From an uncultured Gammaproteobacteria bacterium (lineage in GTDB: Bacteria; Patescibacteriota; Patescibacteriia; UBA9934; GWF2-40-263), in assembly GCA_964399675.1 (NCBI GenBank), contig CAYNRK010000001.1, forward strand, positions 64,424 through 128,423: 64,000 nucleotides of DNA, written 5' to 3'. Below are positions 57,499-64,000 of the stretch, piece after piece; position 1 is the first letter of the stretch, and every line of letters begins with the position of its first letter. A program made the translations under genes and the position numbers. The notes under the pieces are model-generated. The model was given only the letters and a program-made list of their open reading frames with translations. It had not been told where the DNA came from and searched no databases.

Positions 57499-58911
57499 TC
57501 AGAGTCCGTAGTTGTCTTCGCGTCGCAAGCGGCGCATGGGGTAGCCAAGCGGGCCGGCGAACATGGCACGTTCGAAGCGGCTGGCTGCCGGATCCACGGC
57601 GAACTCGAACGCCTTGGTTCCGGTTTCGAAGTATGCCGAGAGCCAGGCAAATCCTGGGATGAGCTTGTGGCTGCGACCGGCCAGCTTGCACACTCCGATC
57701 GAGAGTACTCCGCACGCGAGTCCGTTTGCGAACGCAATGCCCAGCAGCATCATTCCCGCGAGATGGGGTTCGAGGAGTAGTGCGGTTGTTCCGGTCACTG
57801 CGAGCGTTGTGAGCATGCCTGCCCAATGAGTTCCGTCGCTCACGCGCGGCAGGTTCTTCACGAACAGGAAGGCGAACATGACTGGCATGCCGATCCCGAG
57901 CGCCCAGAAGACTATGATCGGGATGAGAACGCAGAAGGTCCAGACCATCATCAGCGAGCCCGCGAAGATGAGTGTGAACATGCGCGTGCAGAATCCGATC
58001 GTATAGCGTGCGAACCCAAGCTCTTCGAGCTTGTCGAGTCGGCGGGCTAGACAAGCCTGATTGTGAGCTTCCTGGATTACCGTGAGTGGGACTTTGTCGA
58101 CTCGGACTGCTTCGCGCTCGGCTTCGCTCAGCTCTTGCCCATCTGAGATCATGTTTCCAGCCATGATGATTGCGGCCCAGCACAAGAAGAAGATCAGGCC
58201 AACCCCCGCATCTCTTGTTGGAAGAGTGGTCCATATCACTTCGATAAGCAAGCTGGTCCAGACCAGGCTGAACGTTACTCGCGCGATTGCGTGTGCGTAC
58301 GTGAGACGCAGCTCCGGACTCGTGCGGAAGTTCTCAGCCTTGGCGCTGCACCAGCGACCAAAGCGCTTGAACATGTTCACGATCCCACCTGGCAGGACGA
58401 ACACGAACAGAAAGAACGCGATCAGAACCACATCGGTGAACCACTTGAAGATCAGATCCGAGACACCTTGGTCACGCAATCTGTCCTTGAAAGCGCTGAC
58501 TGCGATTCCTTGAGCGACTATGATAAGGACCATGGTGAATGCGGCCGGGCAAAGCGCTGCCAGTAGGGCTCCGCTGAGCGTACCGCCACCTTCTGCAAGA
58601 AGAGGTTCCCAGCCATGGCCCACGATTGGTGGAACCAAAGCCGTGACACCCACGAACAGGTACAGCCAGATACGACCGTTCCAGAGCGTGGTTCTGGCAG
58701 CACTTGCTCGCTTGGAAGAGCACGCCCAAGCCGTTTTGGCCGAGCTGACTGCGAGCTCCCAGATTGGCTTGTGGTAGTAGCCGAGCAGGAATCCGGCAGT
58801 GCAGGCCAGAAGCCCGACGAACATGCCAGCCCATGCGAACAGCAGAATCCCGAGCGTTCCGCCCAGAACTCCGCCCACGAAGTTGCGAAGATTGAAGGTG
58901 CGATTGTCCAT
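57499..58911 (-). CDS. Polytopic membrane protein (GC-rich islet)
   Basis: GGAGGG SD before ATG (MDNRTF...); ~10 TM helices; GC ~60%. Confidence 0.55.
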   Translation of the reverse strand: MDNRTFNLRNFVGGVLGGTLGILLFAWAGMFVGLLACTAGFLLGYYHKPIWELAVSSAKTAWACSSKRASAARTTLWNGRIWLYLFVGVTALVPPIVGHGWEPLLAEGGGTLSGALLAALCPAAFTMVLIIVAQGIAVSAFKDRLRDQGVSDLIFKWFTDVVLIAFFLFVFVLPGGIVNMFKRFGRWCSAKAENFRTSPELRLTYAHAIARVTFSLVWTSLLIEVIWTTLPTRDAGVGLIFFLCWAAIIMAGNMISDGQELSEAEREAVRVDKVPLTVIQEAHNQACLARRLDKLEELGFARYTIGFCTRMFTLIFAGSLMMVWTFCVLIPIIVFWALGIGMPVMFAFLFVKNLPRVSDGTHWAGMLTTLAVTGTTALLLEPHLAGMMLLGIAFANGLACGVLSIGVCKLAGRSHKLIPGFAWLSAYFETGTKAFEFAVDPAASRFERAMFAGPLGYPMRRLRREDNYGL

Positions 58912-59026
58912 TTGACCCTCCTCACTCACACACTACCGATTGATTTCGGTATATGCAAATGGTTGGGAAGTTTAGTTAAAATTGTTGGTTTTGTCAAGGT
59001 TTATTAGTTTTGTTAAAGAAAAAACA

Positions 59027-59064
59027 ATTGATGTAAAACTTCCATATGGAAGTTTTACATCAAT
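59027..59064. promoter_or_regulatory. Perfect 38-bp palindrome (candidate operator) in a divergent intergenic region
   Basis: TTGATGTAAAACTTCCAT-AT-GGAAGTTTTACATCAA; no downstream T-run, so unlikely to be a terminator. Confidence 0.4.
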
Positions 59065-59091
59065 CCTGAATTCTCGTTTAAGATTATTTGA

Positions 59092-59289
59092 TTGTTCAGT
59101 TTCGCTGTCATTGATACGATTAGTTATATGAATAAAGGAAAAATACACAAAGATACAAAAAAGTGGATCCATGAGTTTATTGAAGAATATCGACCTGCCT
59201 TAGAAACACTTGCAAGGGGGCCAGAGTTATCTGAAAAACCATTCAAAAAAGAAAACAAAAAAGGTATCATAGAATCACTATGGGTTTAG
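59092..59289 (+). CDS. Small hypothetical protein (65 aa)
   Basis: ORF ending 10 nt into the kinase gene; no recognised family. Confidence 0.25.
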   Translation: MFSFAVIDTISYMNKGKIHKDTKKWIHEFIEEYRPALETLARGPELSEKPFKKENKKGIIESLWV

Positions 59290-60728
59290 CACAAAGACTT
59301 TCAGAATTTATGGGTGGCCGTGGCCATGCGTCTTCGCCGGATGTTTCAGTTGATTATCCGGTTGTGCAAGACGACGAACTTGCGGAAACCGCAAAGCGGC
59401 TTGGTGTTGATGTTGAAAAATTTTCCAAAGCAAGAATTGCTCAACAAAAAGAACGTCAAAAAGAGTTGGATGAAGAGCTTGAAGATGATGAGCATTTTGT
59501 TTATCCTGGGGTAGATGCGAATCTTTTGAAATTTCCAGAGCCTGTTGTTCAAGATGTTCAGGGCGCTTCTGTTATTCCGGATCGATTTGGTCCTAGATAT
59601 TGGATCGAAGATAAATTGGGACAAGGCGGAATGGGTGCAGTGTATGAGGTTGCAGATTTGCGCACAGATCAGAAACGCGCAATGAAGGTTTTGCTTAACC
59701 AGCCTGAGTATAGTACTGGGCCTTCTCAAGCAACACAGTCGTATGATACAGATTTGGAAGCTGTTATGAGTGCTTCTCAAGCGCGTGAAATTCTTGACAA
59801 TCCTTCAGCCCCTTCTCAAGAAACAAAGACTCCGGTTCCAATAGCAATTGAAAGATTCAGGCGCGAAGTTCATACACTTGCAAAAACAAAAGATCCGTTT
59901 GTGCTTAAGGCATTTGATCTTATTGATATAAGCGGAGGAAGAGGAGAGGGCTACGCGCTTATTACGGATTTAATTAAAGGTCCGGATCTTGAGAAACAGC
60001 TTTATTTAGAAGGATTTTTACCGCCTGTTGAAGCTGCGATTTTTGGTGCTGAGATTGCTCATGCGCTTCAGACAATGCACGAGCAAGGAATCGTTCACAG
60101 AGATTTAAAACCCGGCAATATTTTTATTGATAATATTAATGGTGAAGAAGTCGCTAAGGTAGGAGATTTTGGTTTGGCAACATATACAGAAGAAGTATTG
60201 AAAGATCGCGTGGATGCAACAGGAAGTGGTGTTGCAGATTGGGATCGAGAACTTACTGACAGCATAGTGGTTCTTGGGACACCTACTTATATGGCTCCTG
60301 AGCGAATTAAACAATCCGAACAGGAAGATCACAGAGCTGATTTGTATGCACTTGGTGCAATCCTATATAAAATGGTAACAGGAGAAAATGTTGTTCAGGG
60401 CAGTGATGGTTTTGAAATTATGAAGAATTCAATGAAAGGAAATATTAAAGCATTTAACGAAATTCAAATGCCGCAAAATGTTCCTGATTGGTTAGAGGAT
60501 ATTATTATGAAGCTTCTTGCAGCAAATCCAGATGATAGATATCAAACAGCTGCTGAAGTTTTTGAAGAGCTACAAGAAAAAGCAATTGAGTTTGACCCCT
60601 CACTTGCTTTTAAATTGCCTTTTAGTTTAGGTTCAAAAGATGCAATGAAGCAAGAAGCTGAAACACAACAAGAAGCACCGGCTGAAACACAAGCTGCAAT
60701 GCCATCTGTTAAAAAACGTGCTGTGTAA
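59280..60728 (+). CDS. Hanks-type Ser/Thr protein kinase with ~110-aa N-terminal extension
   Basis: GQGGMGAVYEV (G-loop), AMK (VAIK-like), HRDLKPGNIF catalytic loop, DFG, GTPTYMAPE. Confidence 0.8.
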   Translation: MGLAQRLSEFMGGRGHASSPDVSVDYPVVQDDELAETAKRLGVDVEKFSKARIAQQKERQKELDEELEDDEHFVYPGVDANLLKFPEPVVQDVQGASVIPDRFGPRYWIEDKLGQGGMGAVYEVADLRTDQKRAMKVLLNQPEYSTGPSQATQSYDTDLEAVMSASQAREILDNPSAPSQETKTPVPIAIERFRREVHTLAKTKDPFVLKAFDLIDISGGRGEGYALITDLIKGPDLEKQLYLEGFLPPVEAAIFGAEIAHALQTMHEQGIVHRDLKPGNIFIDNINGEEVAKVGDFGLATYTEEVLKDRVDATGSGVADWDRELTDSIVVLGTPTYMAPERIKQSEQEDHRADLYALGAILYKMVTGENVVQGSDGFEIMKNSMKGNIKAFNEIQMPQNVPDWLEDIIMKLLAANPDDRYQTAAEVFEELQEKAIEFDPSLAFKLPFSLGSKDAMKQEAETQQEAPAETQAAMPSVKKRAV

Positions 60729-60760
60729 TTTTTCAAAATCACAAATATTTAGTTAATAAT

Positions 60761-61441
60761 ATGCCACATCCAAACCAGTCCATGTTAGATGAGTTTCAAT
60801 ATGCAATTAAGCATTTTGTTCCAACTGTTCCATTGAAGGTAAAAGAGGAGGCGCAAAAAATTCACAAGGATTTACTTGCTGATGAGACCGCAGATGTTGA
60901 GACAATCAAGCTGGCTTTTCATGATATTGGAAAAAAAGAATTTCCGCATCGAAGAGCATACGATGAGCTCACGCACACAAGTGCTGAAGCAAAAATGGTT
61001 GAAATGGTTTTGGATCATGTTGATGAGGCTGTTCGTGCAATGATTAAACCTCATTTGGATTCAGGTGTTGGTTTGGACGATGTTGTTAAAAGCGATTTGT
61101 TTGAAGGAAAGATGACGCCTGAGCAGCGATATCAAATTGAAGATGGAATTTTGGTTGCAAAAGAAAAATTGGGTGACGCACTTCAGTCAGAAGTGAGTGA
61201 GCACTCAGAGGAATATAAAAAACTTGTTGAGAAATGGTCAGCGAATGCAGATGAAATTGAAGCTAAGATTTCTGAACTGGAAGCCATGTCTTCCCAAGCA
61301 AATGAAAATCAAAAAGAGGAAATACATGGTAAGGTAATGCGATACAAAGAAGGTTTTTTGCTAACAGAGCAAGATCCTGATATTAAAGAAATTAAAAAAG
61401 AGATTGAATATTGGGAGGATACGTTTAATCCTGAAGAATAA
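60761..61441 (+). CDS. Acidic hypothetical protein between the two kinases
   Basis: 226-aa E/D/K-rich ORF with host-like codon usage. Confidence 0.45.
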   Translation: MPHPNQSMLDEFQYAIKHFVPTVPLKVKEEAQKIHKDLLADETADVETIKLAFHDIGKKEFPHRRAYDELTHTSAEAKMVEMVLDHVDEAVRAMIKPHLDSGVGLDDVVKSDLFEGKMTPEQRYQIEDGILVAKEKLGDALQSEVSEHSEEYKKLVEKWSANADEIEAKISELEAMSSQANENQKEEIHGKVMRYKEGFLLTEQDPDIKEIKKEIEYWEDTFNPEE

Positions 61442-61445
61442 AATT

Positions 61446-62813
61446 ATGTTTGGTCAACCATTAAAAAGAGAGGTTGGAAGTCCTGAGCCTGATGAGGCTC
61501 AAGTTGATGCTTCTAAAGAAGATCGGGAAGAAAATCCGGATGTTGATATTGAAATGTCTGCTGATGAGGAAAGAGATGTTAGAGAGATTCTTGGATTTCC
61601 TTTAGAAGGGGAATTGAATAAAGAGCAACAAGCCTCACTAAAGGTGGGTTATAAAATTTTGCGAGATCAGATGCGGGCTCTGAAAGACGCTTCGACTGGT
61701 AAAGATGTGGGTAGTGAAGAGTTTTTTAAATACCCAGCCTCAACCAAAGCTCAACCAAAAACCAAAGGTCAACCAAAAAAAGATGTTGAAGTACCTAAGT
61801 TGGGTGGTGATATTAGGATTGGCATGATGATTCCAGATCAGTTTGGTGGCAAATATCGTGTGATTGATAAAATCGGTGAGGGGGGCATGGGAGCTGTTTT
61901 TAAAGTGGAAGATGTGCGAACCGGCGTGTTTAGCGTTATGAAAATTTTGCACAGAGATTTAGCTCGTTTTGATCACGCTAAAGCTCGTTTTGATAGAGAG
62001 ATGAGGACAATGGCAAGAATCAACAATCCTTTTGTTTTGCCTATTCACGATGTTTTAACTGTTGACTTAGGTTCGGGTCCACAAATAGTTGTTTTGTCGT
62101 CTTTAATAGAAGGTAAAGATCTTTTTGACACACTTCGTGATGAAAGATCTTTCACTCCTGATAGGGCGGCCAAATTAAGTGGAGAGATTGCAATTGGTTT
62201 GCAAGCTGCACATGATCAAGGAGTTGTGCACAGAGATATGAAACCCGAAAATGTTTTTCTTACAGATGCTGGCGGTGAAGAAATTGCAAAAATTGGAGAT
62301 TTTGGAATTGCTGGAATTAATGAAGAAATTATGGCAGAAAAGTTTAGAAAAGGTGGATTAAGAGACGACCGTGCAGTAACAGTAGCTGGAACAGTTTTTG
62401 GAACACCAGAATACATGGCGCCTGAAATGGCAGATGGAAAAAAAGCAGATGGACGAGCAGATTTGTATGGGCTTGGTATTATTATGTATCGAATGCTTGC
62501 AGGACATTTGCCATTCAGAGGAGGAAATAAAAGGGCGCTGGTTCAGAGGCAAATTTCTGAGAAACCTAAACCTTTTTCAGTTTTGAGAATGCCACAAGAG
62601 GTTCCAAAATGGCTTGAAGATATTGTTTTTAAACTTCTTGAAAAAGATCCGGATGACAGGTATCAAACAGCAAATGAAGTTTTTGCTGCATTAAAAGAAG
62701 GGGCTTTGAAAGACAATCCAGAAATGAAAAACAAGGTTCCATTTTGTTGGGATTCTGTTAAAGATGCTGCACAAAGCGTACAAGAATCTCGACCTGATCA
62801 AATAGCCGCATAG
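61446..62813 (+). CDS. Hanks-type Ser/Thr protein kinase (paralogue)
   Basis: GEGGMGAVFKV, VMK, HRDMKPENVF, DFG, GTPEYMAPE; same architecture as 59280-60728. Confidence 0.8.
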   Translation: MFGQPLKREVGSPEPDEAQVDASKEDREENPDVDIEMSADEERDVREILGFPLEGELNKEQQASLKVGYKILRDQMRALKDASTGKDVGSEEFFKYPASTKAQPKTKGQPKKDVEVPKLGGDIRIGMMIPDQFGGKYRVIDKIGEGGMGAVFKVEDVRTGVFSVMKILHRDLARFDHAKARFDREMRTMARINNPFVLPIHDVLTVDLGSGPQIVVLSSLIEGKDLFDTLRDERSFTPDRAAKLSGEIAIGLQAAHDQGVVHRDMKPENVFLTDAGGEEIAKIGDFGIAGINEEIMAEKFRKGGLRDDRAVTVAGTVFGTPEYMAPEMADGKKADGRADLYGLGIIMYRMLAGHLPFRGGNKRALVQRQISEKPKPFSVLRMPQEVPKWLEDIVFKLLEKDPDDRYQTANEVFAALKEGALKDNPEMKNKVPFCWDSVKDAAQSVQESRPDQIAA

Positions 62814-62900
62814 CCTTGTTTTACAGGACAAATCATGGTAAAGTTGGATCGTTCTTTATGAACGATTCTTCTTATTTTTAGGGATTATTTTGATGAAATT

Positions 62901-63554
62901 ATGAACATTTCTTGGCTTGGATTATCAGCTTTTGAGATTAAAACTAAAACAGACATTCGCGGCGAGGTTCGCATTGTCACAGATCCTTATCAAAACAGCA
63001 CAGGGCTCAGGTTTCCGCGAACTCTTGAGGCTGAAATTGTTTTGCAAAGTCATGATGAGGATGATGCAAACAACACCAGTGCCCTTGATGGAAATCCTTA
63101 TCTTATCAATCAGCCCGGTGAGTATGAGGTAAAGGGTGTGTTTGTGTTTGGAATATCAGCTCCGCTCAAACGAGAAGAAAAAGGCAAGCCAATGAGTAAC
63201 ATAATTTTTAGACTCGAGGTTGAGCGCATGCAAATTGCCCATCTTGGAGCTCTTGATCGTCCGCTTACAGATGATGAGTTACAAAAACTTGGCAACGTTG
63301 ATGTGTTAATGATTCCGGTTGGAGGTGGAAGAGTTATGAATTCAAAAGTTGCTTCAGAAGTTGTTGGGCAAATCGAACCCAGAGTTGTGATCCCAATGAC
63401 ACACAACATTCCGTCAGTAAAAGAAAAATTGGCAGGTGTGCAAAACTTTTGCAAAGAGTTTGGGGCGTGTAGAAAAGAAGAAAGCAACAAATTAAAACTT
63501 TCCAGAAAAGATTTGCCGGAAGAAGACATGCTGATTGCAATGTTGAATAGGTAA
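62901..63554 (+). CDS. Metal-dependent hydrolase, MBL-fold (UPF0173-like)
   Basis: MNISWLGLSAFEIKT...IVTDPY N-terminus and overall pattern of the YtkL/UPF0173 family. Confidence 0.6.
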   Translation: MNISWLGLSAFEIKTKTDIRGEVRIVTDPYQNSTGLRFPRTLEAEIVLQSHDEDDANNTSALDGNPYLINQPGEYEVKGVFVFGISAPLKREEKGKPMSNIIFRLEVERMQIAHLGALDRPLTDDELQKLGNVDVLMIPVGGGRVMNSKVASEVVGQIEPRVVIPMTHNIPSVKEKLAGVQNFCKEFGACRKEESNKLKLSRKDLPEEDMLIAMLNR

Positions 63555-63567
63555 GTTCTAAACCCAC

Positions 63568-63942
63568 ATGTCTAAAAAACCGATTCGACTTAAGCCACTT
63601 CCCAAAAAACAAAAACACGCAATGGCCGCTTTGGTTATTGTGGCAATGGTTATCATAGTTTATGGATGGGCAACAACAATGAAAGGAGTGTTTAAGACAG
63701 AAGCCAAGCAGGCAAAAAATAACATTGAAGCTTCGTTTGAAGATTTGTCTGATAATTTTCAACCATTAAAAAATCCTGCAATAAATGTTGCTGAAATTTA
63801 CAAGGAAGGAATGGAAACATCCAAAACAGTTGCTGAGCTCAAGCAGCAAAAAGAAATTGAAGATCAAATTTTATCAAGCATCAAAGAAAAAATAGAAAAT
63901 GACTATGGCCAAGAAAAAGAAGGCGCCAGCCAAGAAGAATAA
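63568..63942 (+). CDS. Hypothetical membrane-anchored protein
   Basis: Single N-terminal TM helix (AMAALVIVAMVIIVYGW); possible competing Lys-rich ORF starting at 63905 in another frame runs off the window. Confidence 0.35.
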   Translation: MSKKPIRLKPLPKKQKHAMAALVIVAMVIIVYGWATTMKGVFKTEAKQAKNNIEASFEDLSDNFQPLKNPAINVAEIYKEGMETSKTVAELKQQKEIEDQILSSIKEKIENDYGQEKEGASQEE

Positions 63943-64000
63943 AGCTAAAACCAAACAAGAGGATCAGCCACATACCAGAACCGGGATTCAGTCTCAAAAC

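Overview
This window is a low-GC bacterial chromosome segment (~38% GC by eye, AT-rich intergenics, many near-consensus sigma70 promoters and clean rho-independent terminators). Its gene content looks like a reduced-genome, CPR/Patescibacteria-style organism, but that assignment is inference. Recognisable host genes include a type IV pilus/competence-like locus (PilC, four prepilin-type pseudopilins, two PilB/GspE ATPases) and an unlinked 16S rRNA gene on the minus strand with convergent tRNA-Ile and tRNA-Phe. Housekeeping genes include a KH protein, trmD, pyrD, rpsP, smc, nrnA-like DHH, clpP, VanW, hsp20, ribE/ribH, an AI-2E transporter, recQ, tRNA-Glu, tsaD/tsaE, ftsH, an S1-domain protein and two Hanks-type Ser/Thr kinases. 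At least nine short high-GC islets (55-65% GC), about 14 kb in total, are embedded between AT-rich host genes. The largest (14.0-19.8 kb) is a cassette-like array of small membrane or hypothetical ORFs separated by modular, covarying hairpin repeats. Two other islets each sit immediately 3' of a paralogous atypical tRNA-like gene (anticodon loop GUUGAC; UGA anticodon with C37). One islet carries a secreted SNase-like lipoprotein plus uracil phosphoribosyltransferase. Next to tRNA-Glu is a candidate unusual restriction-modification/defence locus: a C-protein-like HTH, a 329-aa protein, a 1319-aa fusion of a T5orf172/GIY-YIG-like domain with an SF2 helicase and an NPPY N6-adenine methyltransferase, and a standalone T5orf172-DUF4357-like protein. 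Two small repeat families are scattered through the window. One is a MITE-like element with GTCATTGCGAGG terminal inverted repeats (6 copies). The other is a C6-N7-G6 GC hairpin (3 copies, two inserted in-frame in trmD and smc). No CRISPR array was found.
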